A stretch of 58,950 bases of DNA, taken from the NCBI GenBank assembly GCA_005793375.1, contig SXSK01000417.1, positions 1 to 58,950 on the forward strand, given 5' to 3'. Within the stretch, counting starts at the first letter, position 1. Every line of letters begins with the position of its first letter. The notes below the pieces were generated by a model that saw nothing but the letters and a program-made list of their open reading frames with translations, was not told the DNA's origin and made no database searches. Shown one piece after another: positions 46,314 to 56,477 of the stretch. Position numbers and translations under genes: made by a program. The DNA is from Verrucomicrobiales bacterium. Its GTDB lineage: Bacteria > Verrucomicrobiota > Verrucomicrobiia > Limisphaerales > UBA9464.

Positions 46314-47519
46314 ATGCGCACTTTTTGGAATTTCGCAAGCGCCGACAACCTGGCTTTCGGCTCTGACAGCACCTTACAGCTCGGTCGGTGGATCGCCTCC
46401 AGAGGTTGGCAACGGGTGTTGGTGATCACCGACAGGAACCTCGTTGCTGCTGGCATTTCCAGTCGCATCGAAGGCATCTTGAGAGAATCTGGGCTGAACG
46501 TGAGTGTGTTCGACGGGGGCCGTCATGAGCCTGATATCCGGACTGCAAACCTCGCCTTCGCGTCCGCTCAAGCGTTTCTTCCCGATGTCCTCGTCGGATT
46601 GGGCGGCGGCAGCAACCTGGATCTAGCAAAGATGTCCGGCATCCTGATGGCTCACGGTGGGAAGCCTGAGGATTACTTTGGCCATGAACGAGTCCCGGGC
46701 CCCGTGGCGCCAGTGATCTGCATCCCAACTACCGCAGGCACCGGAAGCGAAGTGTCTCACTCATCAGTTCTCACAGATGAAATCAACGGCGTGAAAGTCA
46801 GCACTCTCAGTCAGTTTCTACGCCCAACGCTGGCTGTGGTGGACCCGAAGCTGACATTAACGTGCCCGCCCAAAGCGACGGCAGACAGCGGCATTGATGC
46901 ACTGACCCACGCCATCGAAGCCTTCACAGCCATAGACCATCGCCAACTCGACGCGGCCCCGGGAGAGCCGTTTCCCTATTCTGGAAAAATGCCGCTGGGA
47001 GATCTCCTGGCAGAAGAGGCCATTGCACTCGTCGGCAAGCATTTGGAGCATTGCGTGCATCAACCCGAGTCGTTGCCGGACCGGGAAGGCATGGCACTGG
47101 CAGCGACCCTCGCGGGAATGGCCTTCAGCAACTGTGCGGTCGCTGTCGTGCATGCTCTCGAATATCCCATAGGCGCCGCGGTTCACGTCTCCCACGGTGC
47201 CGGGAACGGCCTGCTGTTACCCTACGTCATGGAATACAACTTGGCTTCTAGGGCTCCCCAATTCGCCAAGATCGCAGCACGACTCGGGGTGGATACAGGG
47301 TCGATGTCAGAAATGGACGCTGCAATGGCTGCGGTGAACGTCGTCAGACGACTCCGCAGCCGGATCGGTATTCCAGACCGCCTCCGGGATATTGGCGTGA
47401 GCGCCGATCAATTGCCGGTCTTTGCCAAAAAATCATTTGAAATCAAACGGCTGATGCGTCTCAACCCCAGATTGCCCACAGAATCCGAGTTGCTCGGTAT
47501 TCTAAAAGCCGCGTTCTGA
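46314..47519 (+). CDS. Iron-containing alcohol dehydrogenase family protein
   Basis: GLGGGSNLD, PTTAGTGSE, DALTHAIE, HAL...HG. Confidence 0.92.
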   Translation: MRTFWNFASADNLAFGSDSTLQLGRWIASRGWQRVLVITDRNLVAAGISSRIEGILRESGLNVSVFDGGRHEPDIRTANLAFASAQAFLPDVLVGLGGGSNLDLAKMSGILMAHGGKPEDYFGHERVPGPVAPVICIPTTAGTGSEVSHSSVLTDEINGVKVSTLSQFLRPTLAVVDPKLTLTCPPKATADSGIDALTHAIEAFTAIDHRQLDAAPGEPFPYSGKMPLGDLLAEEAIALVGKHLEHCVHQPESLPDREGMALAATLAGMAFSNCAVAVVHALEYPIGAAVHVSHGAGNGLLLPYVMEYNLASRAPQFAKIAARLGVDTGSMSEMDAAMAAVNVVRRLRSRIGIPDRLRDIGVSADQLPVFAKKSFEIKRLMRLNPRLPTESELLGILKAAF

Positions 47520-47533
47520 CGAGTATCCAAGAA

Positions 47534-48856
47534 TCAACTCGCGCCCACAGGTACCGCCCAATGCCCCTTGCGGTACTGGCGATGCAACAGTCGAGTTGCG
47601 GTGGAATCCCCTTTGAACCGCTCCTTCACCGGGTCAAACGTCAAAGCGCGTCCCGTTTGCGTGGCGATATTCCCCAAGTGACACAATGACGAGGAAAGGT
47701 GGCCAATCTCAATATCCGCATTCGGCAGGGCTCCTGTCCGAAGGCACTCCAAAAAATTGCGATGATGCGCCTGGCTGTTGACGGTGCCCTTCATCGATTC
47801 ACCCGGTTGATTCCGCGGCCCAAAGATCTGCCAGCCACCGCCTTTGCCCAAGATCATGTAGCCTTTTGTCCCATAAAACGCGTTGCCGTTTTCGTGTCCT
47901 TCCTGAACATAGGGTGACCAGATTCGTTGCTCGAAGATCAGTTGTCGTGGACGCCCGCCAACCACCGGCGGTCCATATTCAAAAATGACGGTCTGGGTAT
48001 CGGGAAACTCTTGATCATCATCGAAGAAATACTTCCCGCCAGACGCAACAATCCGATTCGGATGGGAGACCACCCCCAGTCCCCAAAGTGCAATGTCGAT
48101 ATCATGAACTCCGTCATTCCCCATGTCACCGGTCCCAAAAGCCCGAAACCAACGCCACTGAGAATGGAGCAGATTGGAACGATACGGTACCGCAGGAGCC
48201 GGTCCGAGCCAGAGATCAAAATCTAATTCGGCCGGAGGACGAGTCGGCGTTGCATGACCGATGTCCCTTCGCAGTTGGCTATTCCAAACTTTGGCCACTA
48301 GGATATCTCCAATCACGCCTTGTTTCAGCAACTCCATCGCACGCAGGACATGAGGCGAGCTGCGGCTCTGCGTGCCGACCTGCACCACTCGCTTCGCCTT
48401 TCGTGCGGCGTCGATCATGAGCCGCCCTTCTCTCAAATTGTGCGAGGCCGGCTTTTCGACATAAACATGCTTGCCAGCGTCGCAGGCAAGAATTGTGGCC
48501 GGCGCATGCCAGTGATCCGGCGTCGCAATGATCACGGCATCGACCGAGTTGTCTTCGAGCACACGCCGAAGGTCTGCAACCACACGGGGTGGCCGACCCG
48601 TCCTGTCCTCAACCTCCCGAGCCGCCGCTCGAGCCCGATTCTCATCCGGATCACAAACCCAGCCCACCTGCACATCCGGCATCGGCGCAAAGGAACGCAG
48701 GAGATTCATGCCCATGCCACCCGGACCAATGATCCCAAGTTGGATACGTTCGTTGGCGCCCGCAGCCACCACAGAAGGGACACCCCCACTCCAGGTGGTT
48801 GCAGCCACCGCAACCGCACTTGACTTCAAAAAGGCTCGACGCGACGTGGTATTCAT
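47534..48856 (-). CDS. Tat-exported Gfo/Idh/MocA oxidoreductase
   Basis: SRRAFLK, GIIGPGGMG, ATPDHWH, VYVEKP, NDGVHDID. Confidence 0.92.
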   Translation of the reverse strand: MNTTSRRAFLKSSAVAVAATTWSGGVPSVVAAGANERIQLGIIGPGGMGMNLLRSFAPMPDVQVGWVCDPDENRARAAAREVEDRTGRPPRVVADLRRVLEDNSVDAVIIATPDHWHAPATILACDAGKHVYVEKPASHNLREGRLMIDAARKAKRVVQVGTQSRSSPHVLRAMELLKQGVIGDILVAKVWNSQLRRDIGHATPTRPPAELDFDLWLGPAPAVPYRSNLLHSQWRWFRAFGTGDMGNDGVHDIDIALWGLGVVSHPNRIVASGGKYFFDDDQEFPDTQTVIFEYGPPVVGGRPRQLIFEQRIWSPYVQEGHENGNAFYGTKGYMILGKGGGWQIFGPRNQPGESMKGTVNSQAHHRNFLECLRTGALPNADIEIGHLSSSLCHLGNIATQTGRALTFDPVKERFKGDSTATRLLHRQYRKGHWAVPVGAS

Positions 48857-49028
48857 TGTTTTGGAGCAATTCCTCGTATCCATAGCCCCGTTGCCAAGGG
48901 ATGTCACGCACGCACCCAAATCCACCTGCCCCGCAAACTCGTTCCCTCAAACTGGACCACAAATACACGACAAGATTTGGCAAGGAGCCGAATGCGAACC
49001 CAAATGGGTTGTGCCATATGAACTCGGC

Positions 49029-51242
49029 ATGCAGTCCAACCCATTTTGTCTGTTCCATTCACCCACGCGGATCCCTCCCAACCGCTTCTCGATCTCTTCA
49101 GCGGTGATTCTCCTCACCCTGACGCCTCTGCCGATGCCCATCGCGCTGGCCCAAACAGCCACCAACGAGATTCAGCAACTGCCCAAAGTATTGGTCACCG
49201 CCGAGTCCGAAGCCTCAGAAGCCATTCAAGCCCCATTTCTTCCCCCAGTTCAGGGTACCCAGATCTACGCCGGGAAGAAATCGTCCGTGCTCGATCTCGA
49301 CGAGTTGCCGCGCATCAGTAACAACAACTATCGCCAAGCCCTCACCAAAACTCCCGGCCTATTGCTCAGCGAGGAAACGACTCCCTTGGTCAGCATCGGG
49401 TACCGTGGGTTGAACCCGCATCGCGCTCAATTTACTCAAGTGTTAAAGGATGGAATTCCAATACACGCCGATCCGTTCGGCTACCCAGAGGCCTATTATA
49501 CACCCTCACTCGACACCGTTGATCGGATCGAATTCCTGCGTGGTGGCGCATCGCTCATGTATGGTCCGCAGCCCGGTGGCGCTCTGAACTATGTCACTCA
49601 TCGCCCCCGCACCGATCGCGAATTTTCCGCACGCTCCCAACACATTTTGGGCAGCGACAGCCTTTACAACACATTCAATTCGGTAGACGGAACCATCGAT
49701 CGCGTCGGGTATTACGCCAGTTTCAACCGCCGCCAAGGACAAGGGTTTCGCGAAACCAACAGTGATTTCGAACTGAATACCGGCAACGCCCGATTGGTTC
49801 TTGATGCCGACAAGGATAGTCGTTGGGTCTTCAGTTTCGATGGATACGCCGAGAATCACGGAGAACCCGGTGGACTCACTCTGGCAAGTGGCCCGAACTC
49901 CGTTAATTATGAGGTTCAACGCAATTCGAGTTCGCGTCCATTCGACCGATTTGAACTCGATCGCTATTTCGCATCCTTGGCCTATGAACGCGATTTTTCC
50001 GAGGATACAGCGCTCACCGTTACTGGTTGGGGCGGCTATTATTCCCGATACAGCAGCCGCCAGCGCGGCGGCGGATTTGGTACCTTGCCCTCAGGTGCCA
50101 GCGCGACAAGCAATACCATCGAGCATCAGGAGTTTTATACCCAAGGCCTGGAGGCACGTTTGCGTCATGATTGGACCGCTGGCGGCAACACCCACACGGT
50201 TGCGGCCGGGGTTCAGCTGTTCCATAACGATTCCCCGCGCATGGATCAACGAGGCACGACGCCGGACGCCACCACCGGTCTCGTTCGCCATCAAAGCCAA
50301 CGCGAGCTGTTTTATGCGCCCGTATTCCTCGAGAACCGTTTTGTCCTTTCCAAACTTTCCATTACCCCCGGGGTTCGGCTCGAGAACATCCACCAATCGG
50401 TCGAAGAAGAATTGAACCTCGACAAGACGGCTGTCGGCACTGCATTGGGTGACCAAAGCAGCTACGAGTTCGTCCCGTTGCCCGGATTGGGCTTGGAATA
50501 CGCAGTCACTCCCGAAATTACCGGATACGGTAACCTTTCCCGATCTTATCGTCCGAAAGTGTTCACCGAAGCCGTGCCCACAGGCGCCAACAATTTTGTC
50601 AACGCCGACCTCAATGCAGGTTCCAGTTGGCAATATGAAGTCGGTATTCGAGGCCAACCGCGCCCTTGGTTGAACTGGGACACCAGTCTTTTCTGGATCG
50701 ATTTTGATGACCAGATTGGCTCCGTCGCCGTGCCGAACGGTGTCTCGATCGAAAATGTCGGACGGGCACGTCACCTCGGTTGGGAAGCTTCCGGCGAGGT
50801 GGAACTCTTCGGTCTCGCCCAAACGTTGCGGGGCGAATCCGACATCGCCAGCGACCATCAGGTAAGCCTCTACGGCAACTTGATGTGGCTCGACGCGGAA
50901 TTCATTAGCGGTCCACGCGACGGCAACACGCCGCAGTACGCTCCCGAACACCTGATTCGCACAGGGGTCATTTATCGATGGCAAGACCGGGTCAAACTGG
51001 CGTTTTTAGGCACCTTCACCGATAAGCACTTCGCCGACGACGGCAACACGGTTTCGTTTGCCATCCCGTCGTATGCCGTCTGGGATCTGACACTGGAATG
51101 GAAAGTCTACCGATCGAATGTCAGTGTCCTCGCCGGGGTGAACAACCTCTTCGACGAGGACTATTATGCACGAATTCGAGCCGACGGCATCGATCCGGCG
51201 TACGGAAGGAACTATTACATGGGACTGGCATTGGCGTTCTGA
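49029..51242 (+). CDS. TonB-dependent receptor (FecA-like)
   Basis: LPKVLVTA TonB-box region, IGYRGLNP, DRIEFLRGGASLMYGP, GVNNLFDEDYY, terminal Phe; the ORF portion 48528-49028 is not real. Confidence 0.9.
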   Translation: MQSNPFCLFHSPTRIPPNRFSISSAVILLTLTPLPMPIALAQTATNEIQQLPKVLVTAESEASEAIQAPFLPPVQGTQIYAGKKSSVLDLDELPRISNNNYRQALTKTPGLLLSEETTPLVSIGYRGLNPHRAQFTQVLKDGIPIHADPFGYPEAYYTPSLDTVDRIEFLRGGASLMYGPQPGGALNYVTHRPRTDREFSARSQHILGSDSLYNTFNSVDGTIDRVGYYASFNRRQGQGFRETNSDFELNTGNARLVLDADKDSRWVFSFDGYAENHGEPGGLTLASGPNSVNYEVQRNSSSRPFDRFELDRYFASLAYERDFSEDTALTVTGWGGYYSRYSSRQRGGGFGTLPSGASATSNTIEHQEFYTQGLEARLRHDWTAGGNTHTVAAGVQLFHNDSPRMDQRGTTPDATTGLVRHQSQRELFYAPVFLENRFVLSKLSITPGVRLENIHQSVEEELNLDKTAVGTALGDQSSYEFVPLPGLGLEYAVTPEITGYGNLSRSYRPKVFTEAVPTGANNFVNADLNAGSSWQYEVGIRGQPRPWLNWDTSLFWIDFDDQIGSVAVPNGVSIENVGRARHLGWEASGEVELFGLAQTLRGESDIASDHQVSLYGNLMWLDAEFISGPRDGNTPQYAPEHLIRTGVIYRWQDRVKLAFLGTFTDKHFADDGNTVSFAIPSYAVWDLTLEWKVYRSNVSVLAGVNNLFDEDYYARIRADGIDPAYGRNYYMGLALAF

Positions 51243-51267
51243 TCTCTCAGAGCACCAGCGATGAAGG

Positions 51268-51471
51268 TTAACGCTTCGCTCGCGTTTTCATGGACAAAAT
51301 GCTCGCACCGTGCGTCACCAAACCGCTGCCGCCCACAATGACCCGTCGAACTTTCAACCCCGTCTCGGGATCCTTTGTCAGCGGAGGGTCGCTCATTTTT
51401 TGCACCGCCTCAAACCGCCGCGGTTTCTGTCCGGCTTTGGTCGGAATCGTTTCGTAAACGTAAGTAGCCAT
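51268..51471 (-). CDS. FmdB-like zinc-ribbon-family small protein lacking cysteines
   Basis: MATYVYE...FEAVQKMSDPPLTKDPETG..VRRVI matches the FmdB pattern MPxYEY..FE..Q.MSD.PL..CP.CG..VRR.I. Confidence 0.75.
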   Translation of the reverse strand: MATYVYETIPTKAGQKPRRFEAVQKMSDPPLTKDPETGLKVRRVIVGGSGLVTHGASILSMKTRAKR

Positions 51472-51719
51472 ATCGCCCAATTTATTGCCAGATTCGCCGC
51501 CAAGGATCAAGTGATGTTCCTTAGAAATTCGGCGCGCGCCCAAACAAAGCTCACTTGATCGTGAGGGAAGAGCTACCGGTTTCGCGGGCGTTAGAACCGA
51601 TCCAGACCCGTAGCGCTTGACAGGCCTCTTGGAGTCTTATGTGTGCGACATCGCAGGACTTTTTGACACGGCCAAACTCGCGCGTTGAAAGCCGCTGCCA
51701 ATCGGCACAGGCTGAGCCC

Positions 51720-52337
51720 GTGAATTCGCTGACTGCGCGGTTATCGGTGATTTTGGCTCTTGTACTGAGCGGCTGTGGGAATCAACCCACCTCGCCCGGT
51801 TCTTCGCCGCCCGTTTCCACCAACGCACCAACCGCAGGATCGACAAACTCAGCGCCTTCGGTCGTCACCCAACCATCACCCAAATCAGAATCGAACGGGC
51901 CGCGTCACCATTTGGACAAGGCGCAGGCCAAGTTGCCTACTGTCTCGCTCCGAATCGGAGCCAAGACATTGCGGGCCGAGGTCTGCAGCACGTTGACCCA
52001 GGTCGCTACCGGAATGATGTTCCGCCCAGGCATCGGTCCCGAGGAAGGGATGCTCTTTGTCTTCGCCGGGGCTGCCCAACGATCCTTTTATATGCGCAAC
52101 GTCGATTTCGACATCAACGCCGCCTATATCGACACCGAAGGAGTCGTTCAGGAAATCGTCACCCTAAGGAAGCGCGATGAATCTCCAGTCCCCTCCGCCT
52201 CCAAGAACATCCAATTCGTCCTGGAAACCGCCCCCGATTGGTTCACTCGAAATGGCATAGGGGTGGGGACCCTCATTCTCACCGATCAAGGCGCCAGTTT
52301 ACGTGAAGCCCTGGCCCGGCGTGCCCAATTGCATTGA
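51720..52337 (+). CDS. DUF192 family lipoprotein
   Basis: Lipobox LSGC after a probable GTG start; GMMFR, EGMLFVF, SFYMRN, FVLE. Confidence 0.85.
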   Translation: MNSLTARLSVILALVLSGCGNQPTSPGSSPPVSTNAPTAGSTNSAPSVVTQPSPKSESNGPRHHLDKAQAKLPTVSLRIGAKTLRAEVCSTLTQVATGMMFRPGIGPEEGMLFVFAGAAQRSFYMRNVDFDINAAYIDTEGVVQEIVTLRKRDESPVPSASKNIQFVLETAPDWFTRNGIGVGTLILTDQGASLREALARRAQLH

Positions 52338-52342
52338 GCCCC

Positions 52343-54001
52343 ATGCGTGTCGCCCTCGCTCAAATCAACACAACAGTCGGCGATTTAGCCGGCAATGAAC
52401 AACGCATTCTGGCCGCTTACCAGAAGGGCTGCCATGCGCAAGTCGACTTGGTGTTGTTTCCGGAACTCGCCCTTGCGGGCTACCCGCCTCGCGACCTCGT
52501 TCTAAAGCCGGAGTTTGTCCGCCAAAACCGAATCGCTATTGAGCGTCTCGCCGCCGCCGCCGGGGAGGTGGCGATGTTGGTGGGCTTTGTTGGCGAGAAC
52601 CTAAAGCGCCCAGGACGTGCCGTCACGAACGCCGCCGCCCTGCTCCACCGAGGCCGAATCATCGCCATCCGAACCAAGACACTCCTGCCCACTTACGACG
52701 TCTTCGACGAGGATCGTTACTTCGAACCAGCACCAGAGAATCTGCCCATAGATCTGAACGGGCACCGCATCGGAATCACTATCTGTGAAGATGTCTGGAA
52801 CGACGAAGATTTTTGGCACGAACGTCGATACCGTCCCAACCCAGCCATGGATTTGGCGGCAAGGGGCGCCGAAATCCTTCTCAATCTCAGCGCGTCTCCG
52901 TGGCATCTCTCCAAGGAAACCACCCGACACCAAATGCTGGCCAGTTTGGCACGTAAAGCGGCCCGACCGGTCCTGTACTGCAATCTGGTTGGTGGCAACG
53001 ACGAATTGGTATTCGACGGCCAGAGCGTCGCCTACGACGCCAACGGCAAACTCATCGCCGCCGGCAAGGCATTCGATGAAGACTTCGTGGTCGTGGATCT
53101 CTCGTCTGGCGCCACAGTCACCCGAAAACCCATCTTGGACGAGGAACTCTTGCACCAAGCCCTGGTTCTTGGCACCCGGGATTACCTCCACAAATGCGGC
53201 TTCAAATCGGCGGTGCTCGGATTGAGCGGCGGAATCGATTCCGCTGTGGTGGCGTGCCTCGCCGTCGCTGCCCTCGGCCCAAATAATGTTAGTGGTCTGT
53301 CCCTTCCTTCCCAATATTCGTCCCAAGGAAGCCTGGACGACGCACGAATTCTGGCCGCAAACCTCGGAATACAATACGACGTGGTGGCCATCCAAAAACC
53401 CTTCACCGCCGTCAGACAGCAGTTGCTACCGTTGTTCCATGGAAAACCTGAGGATACCACCGAGGAAAACCTTCAGGCCCGGTTGCGTGGCGTGCTGCTG
53501 ATGGCGATGTCGAACAAGTTTGGTTCCCTCCTGCTCACTACCGGAAACAAGAGTGAATTGGCTGTGGGCTATTGCACTCTCTACGGCGACATGTGCGGAG
53601 GGCTCGCGGTGATCAGTGATGTCCCCAAGACCATAGTCTACCGCTTGGCCCGTTGGATCAATAAAAACGCCCAACAGCGTCTCGGCCTGGATTGTTTGAT
53701 CCCCGAACCCAGCATCACCAAACCGCCCAGCGCCGAATTGCGTCCCAACCAGACCGACCAAGATAGCCTACCGCCCTACGAGATTCTTGACGCCATTCTG
53801 GAGGCCTACGTGGTCCACCAAAAATCCGCCGCGGACATTATCACCGCCGGATTCGGCGAAACCACTGTCCGCCGAATCATCCGTCTCATCGATGGCGCGG
53901 AGTACAAGCGTCGTCAGGCCGCCCCAGGACTGAAGGTTACCACCAAAGCTTTCGGTATTGGTAGACGGATCCCTGTAGCCCAACGGTGGAAGGAACTCTG
54001 A
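52343..54001 (+). CDS. nadE: Glutamine-dependent NAD+ synthetase
   Basis: Nitrilase triad FPEL / K / ICED; GLSGGIDSA, ENLQARLRG, TGNKSE, PSAELRP.QTD, EYKRRQ. Confidence 0.96.
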   Translation: MRVALAQINTTVGDLAGNEQRILAAYQKGCHAQVDLVLFPELALAGYPPRDLVLKPEFVRQNRIAIERLAAAAGEVAMLVGFVGENLKRPGRAVTNAAALLHRGRIIAIRTKTLLPTYDVFDEDRYFEPAPENLPIDLNGHRIGITICEDVWNDEDFWHERRYRPNPAMDLAARGAEILLNLSASPWHLSKETTRHQMLASLARKAARPVLYCNLVGGNDELVFDGQSVAYDANGKLIAAGKAFDEDFVVVDLSSGATVTRKPILDEELLHQALVLGTRDYLHKCGFKSAVLGLSGGIDSAVVACLAVAALGPNNVSGLSLPSQYSSQGSLDDARILAANLGIQYDVVAIQKPFTAVRQQLLPLFHGKPEDTTEENLQARLRGVLLMAMSNKFGSLLLTTGNKSELAVGYCTLYGDMCGGLAVISDVPKTIVYRLARWINKNAQQRLGLDCLIPEPSITKPPSAELRPNQTDQDSLPPYEILDAILEAYVVHQKSAADIITAGFGETTVRRIIRLIDGAEYKRRQAAPGLKVTTKAFGIGRRIPVAQRWKEL

Positions 54002-54035
54002 GTTTGCGAAATGGCGACCCCCCTGGCGCTGACGC

Positions 54036-54058
54036 AAACCGCCGATGGATTGCGGCGG
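54036..54058 (-). terminator. Putative intrinsic terminator of the hppA operon
   Basis: CCGCCG/CGGCGG stem, 8-nt loop, then TTT on the minus strand, about 18 nt after the stop. Confidence 0.4.
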
Positions 54059-54076
54059 CAACGGCATCGTGTCCAC

Positions 54077-55672
54077 TCAACTGCAACCACAGCTACTGGC
54101 ACCACATTTTTTCGCTGTGGCTGCCGCCAACCGTTGCTCAATAGCCATTGACGTCGGTGTGATGGAAAGTCCACCCAACGCCGTGCATCTTAGTTCGCGA
54201 GGCATCTGACTCGACACGCGCTTTGCCGCTTCGATGACTTCATCCAAGGGGATCAACGGATCAAAGCCTGCGAGGGCCATGTTCGCGCACGAAAGCGCGT
54301 TACTTGCGGCCATCACATTTTTCCCGAGACAAGGAGCCTCGACACGGTTGGCGATGGGATCGCAAATCAGGCCGAGCATGCTCTGAAGCGCCATGGATGA
54401 AGCGGCGACCGCTTGCTGGACGGTACCCCCCGACAAGGTCACCAATGCCGCCGCGGCCATCGCCGCCGCCGATCCACCTTCCGCCTGGCAACCGCCGACT
54501 TCAGCAGCGAACGTCCAATGCGTCGCAATAATTACCCCGATGATACCACTCGCCAAAAAGGCTTTGGCCATTTCCACCTCACCCAACCCCACCTCCTCGG
54601 CCATCGCAATGACGGCTCCCGGAAGCGCCGCACACGCTCCTGCAGTCGGCATCGCAATGATCACGCCCATGGAACTCTTCACCTCCATCATGGCCGTGAC
54701 GTACAGCACCATCCGGTTCAGAGCACCGGCCTGGAGCAATCGGCCCGCTGCCATCGCCTTCTGAAACCCGACACTTTGAACTCCCAAAACTCGGTCATCA
54801 AAATCAGTGCCAGCCAGCCCTTGGGCGATAGATCGCCGGAGGATTCTCACCAGGTGGATCATTTTTTCGAGGACAACCTCGCGCTCAAGCCCGCCCCGGG
54901 CGGCTTCATAATCCACCGCCAATTCCCAAAGAGAGCGACCGCGCGCCCCCTCAAACCGAAGCATCTCGGCTCCAGTCGTGAACGGAACCGAAGTACTAGC
55001 CCGCGACAAGACGGGCAACACTGGATTCAATCGGCTCCAGGACAAGACGCGCCCGGATTTCATTTCGGCTGCAAGCCATGATTCGGGGACAAACACCTGC
55101 GCTTTGACTTGGACGAGATCGAATCGCGAGCCTGGGTGCACTCGGATCTGATCTGTCTCGATGGCCTCTGCCAAATTCGATTGAAGTGTCGCGCCAGAAC
55201 CCGACGACACCCACACCAGCGTTTCAAAGTAGTCTCCAAACAGTTCCAGACGAACCCCGTCCACCTCCAGCACCTCAATCATGCCCCCACCTGTCGAGAT
55301 CGCCACGAGGGAATGCGTGGTTCCGGCCGTTGCCAACGTGAGCCGATAGGTATTGGGATGGGGATCACCGACATCCACGATCTCAACCCGAAGTCGAACG
55401 CCTTGCTCCTTTAATGCCACAATAGACCGCGTCAATCGTTCGTCATCTGTCTCCCATCCCAGCAAACCGCCAAATAACCCCATGTCGGAACCCTGAGAAT
55501 CATGAGTCGTCGGCAGTGACCCATTGCGGTCGAATTCCACCAACACGTCCTCGATCACTCCTCCCATCAAATCCCGAGCCAATCGTCCAATGCGCAGCGC
55601 TGCCGCACAATGCGAGCTGGAGGGCCCTCGCATGACAGGGCCGATCACATCATTAAACAAACTGACAATCAT
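54077..55672 (-). CDS. Fe-S-dependent L-serine dehydratase-like protein, fused beta+alpha subunits
   Basis: IGPVMRGPSSSH, HPNT, STGGG (beta); PTAG, GGCQAE, LGLICDP, EAPC (alpha, three cluster cysteines). Confidence 0.85.
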   Translation of the reverse strand: MIVSLFNDVIGPVMRGPSSSHCAAALRIGRLARDLMGGVIEDVLVEFDRNGSLPTTHDSQGSDMGLFGGLLGWETDDERLTRSIVALKEQGVRLRVEIVDVGDPHPNTYRLTLATAGTTHSLVAISTGGGMIEVLEVDGVRLELFGDYFETLVWVSSGSGATLQSNLAEAIETDQIRVHPGSRFDLVQVKAQVFVPESWLAAEMKSGRVLSWSRLNPVLPVLSRASTSVPFTTGAEMLRFEGARGRSLWELAVDYEAARGGLEREVVLEKMIHLVRILRRSIAQGLAGTDFDDRVLGVQSVGFQKAMAAGRLLQAGALNRMVLYVTAMMEVKSSMGVIIAMPTAGACAALPGAVIAMAEEVGLGEVEMAKAFLASGIIGVIIATHWTFAAEVGGCQAEGGSAAAMAAAALVTLSGGTVQQAVAASSMALQSMLGLICDPIANRVEAPCLGKNVMAASNALSCANMALAGFDPLIPLDEVIEAAKRVSSQMPRELRCTALGGLSITPTSMAIEQRLAAATAKKCGASSCGCS

Positions 55673-55685
55673 TCAGATTGAATCC

Positions 55686-56477
55686 TTACATCCCCTGCCA
55701 GAATTTGAAATTTCGCACCTCGATGTCCTGCAGGCTGGGCATGGGGAAAAATCGATACTTTTGTTGTGAGGCGAACATGAACCCGTGACGAATCCGCTTG
55801 AACGATATCTGATCCAATGGACAGAAAAGCGACAACCCCTTCGTGGTTTTTTCAGGGCGCTCCTTCAGTTGGACGATGGCGTCGCGCAACTTGGAGGGAT
55901 GCAGAAAGGAGAATGGCGCCTGCATGAAAGGATTCTGCTCAAAGTTTACCAGGAACTCCTCCACTTTGAGTTCGATTTGCGTATAGAATAAGCTCGGACA
56001 CCCTTTCGGGTTGCCCGGGGTGGTGATGTAGCGACCGAATTCCAACATGTCATACGGGGTCATCACGAGCATCGACAGCGGCGCTATTTGCGCAAATGTC
56101 CGTAGGAACCCAGGCTGATGAACCTTGTCGTACTCGGCCGGACTCAGTTCCAGCACGGTGGCCTCGGAGGTCGATAAGTAAAGCTTGCGAATGCGGTCGA
56201 AGTCCATGTGCTCCATCACCCGGTAGGAGCAGATGAAACGGGTGTGCTTAGGCGTCCCGTCGGCATGGGGCACCAAACCTTTCATGCCACCTTCGATATC
56301 AAAATGCGGATGGCGGAAATCCGGATCAATGTCCGCAAAGACCAATTTTCCCGAATAGTGGCGGACGGAACCGATTAGATAGTGGCGGGCGAAATCCTCC
56401 GGACCCAGCTGCGATGCCACCAATGCCTGATTGGGAAAGAGGATTTGGTACAGGCGCTTTTCATAGGACGGTTTCAT
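55686..56477 (-). CDS. Conserved hypothetical protein
   Basis: 263-aa globular ORF; ATGA overlap with the hppA stop; motifs [27 protein letters not shown]. Confidence 0.8.
   Translation of the reverse strand: MKPSYEKRLYQILFPNQALVASQLGPEDFARHYLIGSVRHYSGKLVFADIDPDFRHPHFDIEGGMKGLVPHADGTPKHTRFICSYRVMEHMDFDRIRKLYLSTSEATVLELSPAEYDKVHQPGFLRTFAQIAPLSMLVMTPYDMLEFGRYITTPGNPKGCPSLFYTQIELKVEEFLVNFEQNPFMQAPFSFLHPSKLRDAIVQLKERPEKTTKGLSLFCPLDQISFKRIRHGFMFASQQKYRFFPMPSLQDIEVRNFKFWQGM

Noticed and set aside
47744..47754. GCACTCCAAAA match to the REP-like repeat
   Set aside because: Inside a coding region (FLEC codons), with no hairpin or AAAGCGG arm
48528..49028. N-terminal extension of the TonB receptor ORF
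   Set aside because: Overlaps the oppositely oriented Gfo/Idh/MocA gene; the signal peptide begins only after 49029
53768..54079. Possible selenocysteine read-through of the dehydratase TGA (Cys-rich tail, open frame and hairpin after the stop)
   Set aside because: The hairpin loop lacks the G expected of a bacterial SECIS, looks like a terminator, and the extension runs antisense into nadE
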